From contig CM059432.1 in assembly GCA_030390025.1 (NCBI GenBank), forward strand, positions 51,462,001 to 51,526,000: 64,000 nucleotides of DNA. Reading direction: 5' to 3'. This DNA is from Squalus acanthias (lineage: Eukaryota). Positions within the stretch are counted from its first letter, which is position 1. Each line of letters starts with the position of its first letter. Shown in pieces: positions 12,266 through 24,099 of the stretch. The notes beneath the pieces were generated by a model that searched no databases, was not told the DNA's origin, and was given only the letters and a program-made list of their open reading frames with translations. The translations under genes and the position numbers were made by a program.

Positions 12266-12719
12266 TTTAAAATTATTACGTTCTGTGTGCTGCACAACAT
12301 AGCATTAGACAGAGTCACCACCTTTTAATATGATGAGGAATAACCACATATGGCTCAAAAGCAGAATGACGATGACTAACATTTTGGGGGTTTCTTTTAC
12401 TCTATTTTTATTATCGATGTTTTTAACTACTCTTGTAGGTTAACACTAGCTGCCTCTTGCCCAGATACCTAGCTAAATTTGTAGGGAACAGAGGGTCCTC
12501 TTCAATTTACGTCAGTTTATGGTTTTATCACTTACCCTCACATGATCCTGTTTGTCTTTGCAAGACAGCAGAATTACATTATACCAGGCCTTGACATAGG
12601 CTTTGACTGCCAAACAAATTTATTAAACAGAGCAAGCAAATAGTGGCAGAAACACAACAGATATTTTTACATTAGTTGCGAAGCTTAGCTAGCTCCTCAG
12701 GATATCGAAAATAATAAGC

Positions 12720-13740
12720 ACTTCATACATGGAAATAGACAGGGAAGTGGCTACGAGTAATGCCGAGGGAGATTAGAAGGAGTAACTGAAAGATTGATGA
12801 AAAAATTGATTTTGAGGAAGTTTTTGAATGAGGAAACAGAATAGAGGTGTGCAGGGATGTATGGAGGGAGTTCTAGAAAGTGAACCCAAGGTGGCTGAAG
12901 GTTCTGCCACCAATGATGGGGCAGAGGGGGGTGGGAGGGTGAGCAAAAGGTGAGAATCTGAGGGAGAATATAAGGCTGGGGGAGGTTGCAGGAAGGCCGT
13001 GAAGGGACATGAAGATGAGAATGAGAAGTTTAAATGTAATACATTGGAGGCAGGGAGTTAGTGTAGGTCAGTGGAAGGGAAAATCAGCGATATAATGGGT
13101 GGTCAATTCTATATCTTCCATTTTACACCATCGCCCAAAGTTAAAATTACCCACCATGAGGTTTTTTTGTACAGGTACTGTGATCTGCAGCACGTGTACT
13201 ATGTTTAAACAAAACATTTACAATTAGTTCATACAGTGTCAACTCTATAGGCTGGGAATACCAGTGGGAAGGCCTGAGAGGCTGCAAAGAGTAACAGGGC
13301 AGCTGCCAGAGGTGGCAAAGAATGCGGGGAACAGTAATGGGGAAGCCACCATAGGTAGTGAAGATTACCAATGTGGACTGAGAGGCTGGAAACCCTAACA
13401 TGGTGGTAAGCATGCTGTGAAATGTACAGGGACAGGCACCAGAAGTGGCCAAGACTAACGGAGCAGCCAAGATAGCCAGCAAACTATGGGCCAGCTGGGA
13501 ATTCTTTATGAAGCAGCAGTGAAGTAGCAAGGCCTAAAGCAGTAGATAAAATAAGAGGGGGTTGTTATGAGAGGTGGAGAAGAGAAGGAGAAGCTGGAGT
13601 CAGCAACGGGCAGTAAGTAAAAGCCTGTGGGAGGCCTGGCAGGGGTAAAAGATGACATTTATTACAAATCACATTTAAAATTAATAGAAAGAAAAAATAA
13701 CTTACCTGGAAGCAAAAAGCAAGATGGCGACTGAGCTGTA
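12720..13740 (-). mobile_element. Old degraded LINE, probably L2-like
   Basis: Purine-rich gggagttctagaaagtg...gctgaaggttctgccaccaatg resembles reverse L2 3' regions; very decayed. Confidence 0.35.
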
Positions 13741-13899
13741 AGAAAGTGTTCAGAAATGTGATGCACAATCACTTACTGCCCAAAGGTGCAATCATAACAG
13801 TTGAAGAATTTGATGAAGAACCTCTAATGGCCAAACATGGAATCGTGACATTGACTAGGAGAATTCAGATAAATATTAACAGGGAAATATTGACGCAAT

Positions 13900-14046
13900 G
13901 GGGTAGAAATCTGTCTTGGACGGTTACGCAAAATGGGCGGTGTAGCATCGGCTGTCCGTTATACGCCCCACCCGATAGTTAGTTCCAATGGGTGGCCGAT
14001 GCAATGCCGCTCATTTGCCCTACCACCCAAGATGAATTTCTATCCT
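13900..14046. mobile_element. Short Harbinger-type MITE
   Basis: TIR ggggtagaaat/atttctatcct; flanks aat/att. Confidence 0.6.
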
Positions 14047-15009
14047 ATTGTTCCCAAGGTCGCAAGAGTGTGACAAAGAAATCATGACAACAGGAAGTAA
14101 GTTTTTTGACAGGAACTGCGCAACCTACATCATTTTCAATGATATGGATAGGACAGTAAATATGTCACCATGAATTGTAAAACCAATACAGATTGATCAT
14201 AGTTTCCCCATAATTAACTTTAAATAATTTCTCAATAAACTTGCATTAATGTTACAATTGTTAATCCTTAAGTCATTATCTATTAAATATAGTGAGGTCT
14301 TGGATTGTTATAAACCATGGTGACATCACAAAAGGAGTCAAAATCAAATAAACCCACCCGTTAAAATTTACTATACATATGATTAAAAGGTTATATTCTG
14401 AACCGTAATCTAATATCAGGGTTCAAATGATGGCTATCGATCAGTTGTGTTTTCTTCTTGTGGTTTACAGTGTAATTTGAACCCTTTGATTAGATTACTG
14501 TATTGTATTCACATCCAGGTAACCATTATTCTTTCTGTAATTCCGTCGAGTGTAATAATGTTGTAATAAACTGTCAACATGAAGCTTAAATGGATTACGA
14601 GTATCAGAATAACACCGCAAGATTTAATTATACCTTTACCTCACTGCAATTTATTCTTGTATGGAACATATACTGAATTAGAGGGGTATTTTTTTTTTAT
14701 AGTTTGCTCTCTACTATTAGTATCCATTTATAGTTATTTGTTAGACTAAGGGATCTCTTAAAGTATTGTTCATGGTCAATGGCCAGGAGTGGAGCTGGAG
14801 GAGTCAGGCACGGCTTCAGGAAACAAACTGAACATTTCTCATAACATAAGTTGCAATGGCCAGTTGCAGGACCAGGAATTTGCTGGGCACTGAAGAGAGG
14901 AGAAGGTACTGCCGGTTTCCCACTATGAATAAGGCCACTTGGCCGACCACATTGATGATCTGCATTATATTTGGCAGCCCATTTTTTAAGCACTCAAGCA
15001 TCTCTCTAA

Positions 15010-16410
15010 TAACCTATCTGCTGCTGTGTGTGTTTTAATATAGATTCACAATTATATTTTGACTTTTATATTCTGTACTTCTTGCTAGGAGACCCAGTAT
15101 TCCATTCGCTTTTATGGCCTTATCCAATTGAGATGTTGCTCTTAACGTCTTATAAACCTGAACCACCATATCCTTCTGCTTTTCTATATCATGCAGATTT
15201 CCTCCATTCAAAGTATAATTATTACTTTTTTTTACTAAAATGTGCCACCTCACATTTACTAACATTGAATTCTATCTGTCACCTTTGTTGCCCATTCCAC
15301 CATCATATCAGTATTTGTTTGCAGCTTCCTTTGGTCCTCAGACCTCATATTTTAGTATCATCTGCAAATTTGGACGCCACACCCTCTAGTTCTATATTCA
15401 AATCATGGTTGTACATAGCTAGCAGATGTAGTCCCAGAACAGAACTCTGTGGGACACTGCTACCCACTTCTAACCACTCTGAGAAACTGCCCTTAACTCC
15501 TACTCTATTTCTTCCCTTCTAACCAGTTTTTCATCCAATTTGCCAGCCTCCCCCAATTCCATTCTGCTTAATCTTCTCCAATTGTCTCCTGTATGGTATC
15601 TTGCCAAAAGCTTTCTGAAAATCTGTGCACACCCCATCCACTGCATTTCCCCTATCCACTATATTTGTCACCTCCTCAAAGAACTCTATAAGGTTTGTCT
15701 AGATAATTAGTAATTTCATCTTTAATTAAAGATTCCAATATTTTCCCTACTATAGATGTTAAACTAACTGGCCAGTAATTACCTGGGATAGCTGTCTCTC
15801 CTTTTGAAAATGGGTATTACATTGTCCATTCTCCAATCCTCTGACAAACATCCACTCTCGACAGAACCTTGAAATATACGGCCTCTGTTTTTTCTTCCCC
15901 CTTTCCCTCAGGATCCTTGGACGTAGCTCATCAGGTTCCAGAAGCTTGTCCTCTTTTAGCTTAACAAACTTCTCTACTACTTTCCTTTTATTTATTATAC
16001 CACTTATTTCAATTTTAACCAATTTGTGAGATAATTTTAACTATCAGCGTGAAAATCAGTCAAGGTGTCTCACGGGTGGCCGATCTATAACCGGCCATTC
16101 TCTGCCCCCACCAGAAATTAAAATGGGGAGGAGATAAATCCAGGGAACCCAATTACCTTCCCTTTAATAAATACTGAAGCAAAGTACTTGTTAAGCAGCC
16201 CCACCAATTTCCACTTACCGTTTACTAAATCACTATCCTCACCTCCCAGGGATTCCACCTGATATTTGACTATTCTCTTTTTACTGATGTGTTTATAGAA
16301 TACTTTATTGTTCTTTGTAATATTTTGTTCGAGATTATCTCCTTATATTCCCTCTTTTGTTTCCTTATCCCTTTCTTAACCTCTTTCCTTATTTTCTTGT
16401 GTTGTCTCAT
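15010..16410 (-). mobile_element. Old CR1 LINE fragment
   Basis: Decayed RT (tttagtatcatctgcaaattt = FADDTK; KLKEDK..PDELRPRILRE). Confidence 0.8.
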
Positions 16411-17532
16411 TTAAAAAATAAATCATTTTTATCATACCTCTAGGCCCACCCGAGAGAGAGAGCCATGGTGGGCAAAACTTATTGATCAGATTTCCAAGAA
16501 GATATCGGCAGGTTTTCTTTTGGATAAGTTTTATGTTTCTTGTGAATTATTTAACTTTAATGTGTTTGCTATGTTGTTAAGTTATTTTTTTAGCGTTTTC
16601 AGCATTATTCAGTTAACAGTGATTCGTTCCTTGGCCAATGATATTTGGGCCAATCAGATGCAAATGTTACATACACTTAGCATTGGTGATAATTTGAAGT
16701 ATGATACTTTGAAGTGTGATATTTTCAAGTGTCACATTTCCCACAGATTTTAATTACATAAATGCAATGAGAATGATTGCAGAATTGGTGGGAAGTTAAT
16801 AAACCTGACTGTGAAATACTTCATCAGGGTACACAAACTCCCATGACAGCCACTGTAATAATACATTTTTTCTTTTTATTTGTTCTTTAAGTAATGAATT
16901 CCTGGAAAATAAAGCACATAATACCTTAACACATTTATTAAAGTGGTCAGTTTTATTTTAATTAATCATGTAATTACTTTGTAGTACTTTTATTACAGCA
17001 TTATTTAACCGTAAACTGTCAGCAGATCCAAGAAAATCACAATTTCCCTGCCTTAGCCAGTTTTTAACATTTCAACTCCACAACATGATACTCGAACAAA
17101 CATTAACATCACAGTAATAAATCTATTCAAATGTAAGAAGCAGCTTTATTGATTTAATATAACCTTTGTGCAACTAAATTAAAGATGTAAAAGAACAATT
17201 TTAACTAAAAATAAAAAAAATTAAAGCACACTGCTTTTACTCAACCTTTTTCTGTATTCTCTCTCATTCCCTCCTATTTTATTATTTTCAACATTTTTTT
17301 TAAACTTTTCTCTAGCTAACTAATCCTTAATAAAAAAAATTAGAACAAAAACAAACTTTACAGTTCTTGTACTAACTGTTTTCTTCTTCTATCTGTCTCT
17401 CACCTTCCATTTGGGAAGAGGTTGTAAATTCCACAAAACTGGGCTTTTGTTAACTAAACACTGAATCTGAAGACTGACTTGGTCATGTCACAGAATCCTT
17501 GATGTGTAAAACAATGCATAGTTAGACACATA

Positions 17533-20531
17533 GGCCGAGATTTTCTGGGGGGTCAGCGGGTGCGATCGGTGGCGGGTTGGGTTGAAAAGTGTTTTTTTTC
17601 CCCAGCGGGTCGAGACCCTACTGTGAACCCGCTGCAACACGCCTTTCCCTGATGTCGGGTCTGTCAGCGCTGAGCAGACCCGACACGCAGCGGCGGGGAA
17701 CCCAATTCAGATCATTATGAACTTGTTTAGAGATCATTAAGAATACATTTGAGCTCACCTTTTGGTTTTACGTGCTCACTCACAGGGTCCTCACTGCTCA
17801 GGGATCACGTCTGTTAAGCTGAGGCGGGAGTTCAGTGGCCATTGAATCAGCTGTTGAGTTGACAGATTCAAATGTAAAGTAAAAGCTCCCACCTTAGAGA
17901 TATCTTCCCTCAGCCACAAGCTCTTCCTCACTGCATTTCCACAACAAATTCACCATTTGATAGGACAAAGTCAGCATGGCTTTATGAAAGGGAAATCATG
18001 TCTGACAAATTTGCTTGAGTTCTTTGAGGACATAACGTACAGGGTGGATAAAGGGGAACCAATGGACGTAGTGTATTTAGACTTCCAGAAGGCATTCGAC
18101 AAGGTGCCACATAAAAGATTATTGCTCAAGATAAAAAAAATCACTGGATTGGGGGGAATATTCTGGCATGGGTGGAGGATTGGTTATCTAACAGGAAGCA
18201 GAGAGTTGGGCTAAATGGTTCATTCTCGGACTGGCAACCAGTAGCCAGTGGTGTTCCGCAGGGGTCGGTGCTGGGTCCCCAACTCTTTACAATCTATATT
18301 AACGATTTGGAGGAGGGGACCGAGTGTAACATATCAAAGTTTGCAGATGATACAAAGATGGGAGGGAAAGTAGAAAGTGAGGAGGACATAAAAAACCTAC
18401 AAGGGGATATAGACAAGCTGGGTGAGTGGGCAGAGATTTGGCAGATGCAATACAATATTGGAAAATGTGAGGTTATGCACTTTGGCAGGAAAAATCAGAG
18501 AGCAAGTTATTATCTTAATGGCGAGAAACTGGAAAGTACTGCAGTACAAAGAGATCTGGGGGTCCTAGTGCAAGAAAATCAAAAAGTTAGTATACAGGTG
18601 CAGCAGGTGATCAAGAAGGCCAACGGAATGTTGGCTTTTTTTGCTAGGGTGATAGATTATAAAAACAGGGAGGTATTGCTGCAGTTATATAAGGTATTGG
18701 TGAGACCGCATCTGGAATACTGCATACAGTTTTGGTGTCCATACGTAAGAAAAGACATACTTGCTCTCGAGGCAGTACAAAGAAGGTTCACTCGGTTAAT
18801 CCCCGGGATTAGGGGGTGGACATACGAGGAGAGGTTGAGTAGATTGGGACTCTACTCATTGGAGTTCAGAAGAATGAGAGGCGATCTTATTGAAACATAT
18901 AAGATTGTGAAGGGGCTTGATCGGGTGGATGCGGTAAGGATGTTCCCAAGGATGGGTGAAACTAGAACTAGGGGGCATAATCTTAGAATAAGGGGCTGCT
19001 CTTTCAAAACTGAGATGAGGAGAAACTTCTTCACTCAGAGGGTAGTAGGTCTGTGGAATTTGCTGCCCCAGGAAGCTGTGGAAGCTACATCATTAAATAA
19101 ATTTAAAACAGAAATAGACAGTTTCCTAGAAGTAAAGGGAATTAGGGGTTACGGGGAGCGGGCAGGAAATTGGACATGAGGCTGAGTTCGGATCGGTCGA
19201 GGCCCTGTGGGTGGCATAGCGGGCCCAGGGGCTGAGTGGCCGGGTCCTGCTCCTACTTCTTGTGTTCTTTAGATTTGAGGTGAGGATCAGATCAGCCATG
19301 ATCTTATTGAATGGCGGAGCAGGCTCGAAGGGCCGATTGGCCTACTCCTGCTCCTATTTCTTATGTTCTTATGTTCTTATACTGCAAGTCTTTACACAGT
19401 CTCCATCCAGTTTGACCTCATTACCTCTCACCATTAACAGATTGCTTCTGTCATTTCTACATCACCTGCCATGTATTCCAACAGCATGGGTGCCCTTTAT
19501 ACTCTCCCACCTTGGTCCTCAGAATCCCACCATGATCAGCCCCAACAGCAGCAGCACCAGGCACACCAGCAGCACCAACAACAACACCAACCTTCTCCGC
19601 AATCAACTGATGCTGCACAGGACACAGGGCATCAGCACCCGACCACATTGCTGCCCGGGAGGCCAGGGATGGCCTCACCATGGCCTGATTTACTTCACTT
19701 GACGCTGTACACCCTGGCTGTCACATGATGCACCAGATTGGCACCACCCCACACCAACACCATAAAGCATCCCTACAATGCCCAAGCCATTTCTTTCACA
19801 CTCATCACCACTACGGGGGTTACCATTATGTCTCAACATTCACTGCAACTCACTAAGCCACTTCCAAAGGTCCACACAAATCTGTCCAAGAACACAAAGT
19901 GTTGAAAATAAAGGTTTCAGTGTTTGACAGCACATTAACAGAAACTTTACATGAACATTGCATAAAACACCCAAGTGCCTACCCTTGTGTGTTGTTAGTT
20001 GGTAGGATTGCACTGGGATGAGGGTGAGTGTGAGGAGTGGTTAGTGAGATGGGGATATGATAATGTAGATAGAGATGGGTGGGTGGAGTTCCAAGGTAAG
20101 TTGGTGTGAGTAAGGATGTGCAGGAGTAGGGTAGGGAAGGCAGAGTGATGGGGATGTGATGAGAGGCACAGCAGGATGAGGTTGAGTGTGGCTATGCACT
20201 AACATTTTGTGATCTACCGAGATCATTGAAACGTTTGCAGCACTGCAGCCATGTCCTTCTGACCACATCCCTGCTTGATCTTCCTCTGCAATGTGCAGCC
20301 AGGCTGTGTTGATCTCCTGGGGGGGGGGTCTCTTCCACTCATTTGAAGGGAAGAGGACCTCCCTGCGTGCTGTGACTCCCTCCATAATTGGCTGGGAAAC
20401 GCGCTGGGCGGGCTTAACAAGCCCAATCAAGGTAATTCATTTCAGACAGCGAGATGGAGTCAGCAGTGGGGTTGGGACCCGCCACCGACATCGCCCGCCA
20501 CGGTCCCGCCGAGGTCAGAAAAATCGCGGCC
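17533..20531. mobile_element. Non-autonomous Harbinger deletion derivative interrupted by a CR1
   Basis: TIRs ggccgagattttct/agaaaaatcgcggcc, TSD ATA. Retains a Q-rich transposase-like N-terminal relic (+, ~19485-19650) and a Myb relic (-, ~20220-20387, EGVTARREVLFPS). Confidence 0.85.
17952..19380 (+). mobile_element. Young 5'-truncated CR1 LINE
   Basis: Open 335-aa ORF 18172-19179 with [12 protein letters not shown]; one frameshift at the poly-A near 18133; (TTCTTATG)n tail. Confidence 0.95.
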
Positions 20532-21451
20532 ATAGATACTTACAGCACAGAAGGAGGCCATTCAGCCGATCGTGACTGTGCTGGCTCTTTCAAAGAGCAG
20601 TCATGCTTAGTCCCACATTCCCGCTTTTTGTCCATAACCCTGTATTCCTCATCAAGTACCTGTCCAACTCCATTTTAAAATTATTTATGAAATCAGCTTC
20701 CACCACCTTTTCAGGTAGAGCGTTCCAGATCCCAACAACTCAGAGTGAAAAAAATTCTCTTCATCTCCCCTCTAGATCTTTTTCCAATGATTTTGAATCT
20801 ATGGGGGGAAAAATTCAGTTGGTTTGCGCCTCCCGTTAACGCCTTAAGAGGGCGTTGATGGGGCGCTAAGCAACTAGCGCCCGGGCGTGGTGATATCTGC
20901 GCCTCTCGCGAAATTGACCAGATATTTTGCGGCGGCGCTAAACACTACCGCCACGATCCCCTGCGCCGGCAGCTCGTGACGTCAGTCGAGTGTGCAACGC
21001 CCCGGTAGCACCCCGGAGCAGATATTGAGTGGCGCCCCCTGCCTTACCGCCTGCCGCTAGCTACGACAGGTTGAGGGGAGCGTTTTGCAGTCAGGAAGGG
21101 ACTGGGGTAGCGCTATTTAAAGGCGAAAGCGTCCTACCTTTTTTTGCTGGTGACATTTTTGCACCACGCATTCTGAGAGAGAGAGACTTCTGGAGAGATT
21201 CAACGCTGTGTGAAGGAGTTTTTGGGTACTGAGCAGCCCTTTGCGGGTTCATTTTGATTTGCCCTTCCTTGCATCTATTTAGAAGAGACTGTGGGGGCTG
21301 CACTCTGAGCTCTTTCCCTGGTTCTCTCCATTGTTCTTTCCAGCAGATTTGATGTACAGGTCTCTCCAGGCCGAGATTCAAGGCTGCAATGAGCAGGATG
21401 TGGATGGAGAGCAAGATCAACCCTCCCCTTTAAGAACTGGCCGGCACCATT

Positions 21452-22212
21452 GGGCTCAATTTTGCCAGGCCCAAGGAGGCGGGAATGGAGGCGTGTGGGG
21501 TGTTAAAATTGCAAAAAATGGCGGGCGGGCCCGACCCTGCCTCCATCCCACCTCCGAGCAATTTTCCCAAATGCGTGGTTTTTGATCCCATCTCCATCCC
21601 GCCTCCAAGAGGCGGGATAGGTCCTTAAGGCCCTCAACAACCACTTAATTGCCTCTATAATCCCATTTTGAGAGGCCTTTCTGAATTTAAGACTTTTCCG
21701 ATGTGATGCACGCCTCCTCTGAAACACGACGGTGAAACCTGGCGGTAGCACACTTGGATTGCTGACTATCAGCTGCAGGTCCACCATTAAGAAGGAGATT
21801 TGATCAATCATCATTCTGGGGGAACTTTTAGCAGTCATAACCATTGTTGTGGAAGATTGAAGCCTGGGCGGTGGCGGGGGCGGGGGCGGGGGCGGGGGCG
21901 GGGGCGGGGGAGGGGGAGGGGGAGGGGGAGGGGGCGGTCTCCTGCTGCTCATTTTACCTCCAGGTCCCTCTCACAGCAAAGTCCAAAAGCTTCCCAGTCT
22001 TTGCAGACCTTAAATGCAGCAGCAATGATGACATCATCAGAGGCGACTTTCAGACTGAAAACACTAATTGGGTCATGGGTTCCCACATGCTGGAACTCAA
22101 TTGCCCAATTAGGGGAAAATCAATTAATTCTCCCACATCCAATTGGAGTCAGGTGGCTAACACGAAAAGTGGATGACACGACCCCAGCCCGCCCCATGAC
22201 AAAATCGAGCCC
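21452..22212. mobile_element. Nested Harbinger-type MITE
   Basis: TIR gggctcaattttg/caaaatcgagccc, TSD ATT; the empty site with a single att is visible at ~55263. Confidence 0.9.
21866..21937 (+). repeat. (GGGGGC)n/(GGGGGA)n G-rich microsatellite
   Basis: About 10 hexamer units read directly. Confidence 0.95.
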
Positions 22213-23041
22213 ATTGTGTCTGTGTTTTATTGCTGACTGACATCACATGAGCTTCGCCAGCGCTCTGAGGTAGCGCCTCACTCCTCGGCCTTTGCACCTT
22301 AAGAGAGGTGTGTAGTGCCTGATTTAGCGTTCCAATCACCTCCAGGGGCGATAAAAGCCAAGTTTGCAGTCGGAGGCGATAATTAGCGCCAGGCGCTAAA
22401 CTTTGCACACAGCCGATAATTGCGCCCCAAACAGGACGATACTGAATGTTTCCCCCATGACCTTTAGTTATTCATCCACTCGCCAGTGGGAATATTTTTT
22501 CCCTATTTACTCTATCTAAACTTCTCATCATCTTGAAAACCCCAGAGAGCTGCGGTTGGATGAATAAACTCATCAGTGACTCCCAGGACTAGATTGTATA
22601 CAGCATGAGTTAGCTTGGCTGTGGTGCAGTAAAGATTAAACCACAATTAACGTGTTGTAGTTTTGTTAAAGGGATAGCAACTTCATTGACAAGCATTTCT
22701 TTCCCTGGAGAGTGCCCCTCTTTAAGGATGTACAAGTTTGTCACGGACATTTCAGTTGAATTGTCACAGCTTTAATGGTTGGTTGAATTATAACTGCACG
22801 ACTAGATCATTGACCCGATGTCAGCAATGTATTTGATGGACTGATTAGTCATATGTATGAATTGTTGGCCAGGGAACATAATAATGTCTAGGATAGAACA
22901 ATGTTTTCAAATAAATTCACATTGGCAACAATGGGCTGATGCTGGCTTTATTTGAAATGATATCAGTACTTTCACCTAACATTTTATGTGACATCTCCAT
23001 TTTGCATGTGGTACACGTCTGCTTTCAATATCAATGATAAT

Positions 23042-23239
23042 GGCCTGGAATTTGCGGTCTGGATGACAGCGAACTGGCAGCGTTCGCCGTCATTCCACCT
23101 TTGAAACTGACCGCAGCCCGGGATTTGGTACATGCAAAAATCCTGAAGTTGCGGTCTGTCATTCACTGCTCCTCCACAGGCTGCGCTGTGCCGCGCCAGC
23201 CTCCGCCTTTGCTTCGCCGTTGACCGCAAATTCCAGGCC
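23042..23239. mobile_element. 198-bp MITE
   Basis: Perfect 18-bp TIR ggcctggaatttgcggtc; flanks aat/att. Confidence 0.9.
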
Positions 23240-23609
23240 ATTAGATTTCAGTGTAAATTATTGTATTATTTCTTGTGTCTGCAAATGAATGAAAAGGATT
23301 TCTCAAACACTTCTTCATGGATATGTTCCTTTACCAGCCAAATTATGCTATCCTAACTAAAAGAAATTCATGGTTGTTTAGCTCTTACCACAGCCCTACA
23401 GTTTAAAAAATCACAATTGATGAGTTAATGGCCAAGCTGAAAGTTCTATAGAAATCCTGGAATGTGGTATTCTCTACAGGCAAACATTGGTACTATTGAG
23501 ATACAAATAAAAGAGAAACGGATGCAATTAAAAGTGTTCAGAATCAATTAAGTGGTTAAGAAGTGGCAGTTCAATTTTAATGTTGGTCAGTGTAAGTTAA
23601 TAACATTGT

Positions 23610-23755
23610 CTGAAGGCATCAAGGGGTATGGGGAGAGAGTGGGAATATGGTATTAAGATAGAGGATCAGCCATGATCATATTGAATGGCGGAGCAGGCTC
23701 GAAGGGCCGAATGGCCATATCCTGTTCCTATTTTTCGATGTTTCTATGGTTCTAT
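23610..23755 (+). mobile_element. CR1 3' tail
   Basis: gatcagccatgatcatattgaatggcggagcaggctcgaagggccgaatggcc...ttctatg. Confidence 0.85.
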
Positions 23756-24080
23756 GTCTGTGCTAACTTGGTTGCCCTCAGTTGAAGTGGTGGTAAAGAA
23801 GCTGCAACTGGCTTCACCATCCCTAGGTTAGAAAGGGGAAAATCAGCTAGGTTCCTCGCTCCTGACTGCACTCCAGAAATCATTGGAAGTATGGGCATGC
23901 GCACATTAGGTGAAGACAGGATTGGGCTCAACAGTGATGTCCCCCTGTCCATCACCATCCACTGTTAAGGTTCACAGATGATTTATGACCACTTGGCTGA
24001 GATATTGGAGGATGATCAGTAACCATGGAATTGTACCCCTGTAAGGAGTCAATGCTGTCAGGAGAGGAGGGAAGGGAAAA
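23756..24080 (+). mobile_element. Old SINE-like repeat (sister copy at ~55650-56008)
   Basis: Shared blocks tctgtgct..., ggggaaaatcagc and gtgaagacaggattgggct with the 55.7 kb copy. Confidence 0.5.
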
Positions 24081-24099
24081 CCAATTTTTTTTTTAAGTA

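Larger units (their letters stand above)
20804..22456. mobile_element. Harbinger-type MITE containing a nested MITE
   Basis: TIR gggggaaaaattcagt/actgaatgtttccccc, TSD ATG; uninterrupted sister copy at 54615-55507. Confidence 0.9.
20532..22540 (-). mobile_element. CR1 3' tail fragment split by a MITE
   Basis: catagatacttacagcacagaaggaggccattc...aatctatg rejoins accttt across 20804-22456. Confidence 0.75.

Noticed and set aside
13706..13735. 30-nt minus-strand micro-exon with strong splice sites
   Set aside because: Lies at the edge of a probable old LINE (gccatcttg motif) and has no independent support.
19471..19728. Poly-Q ORFs (also 60926-61141) as host genes
   Set aside because: Repeated three times within one Harbinger-derived family; they are transposase N-terminal relics.
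21503..21952. Poly-proline ORF (and GR/GA-repeat ORFs on the plus strand)
   Set aside because: Translation of the G-rich microsatellite inside a MITE.
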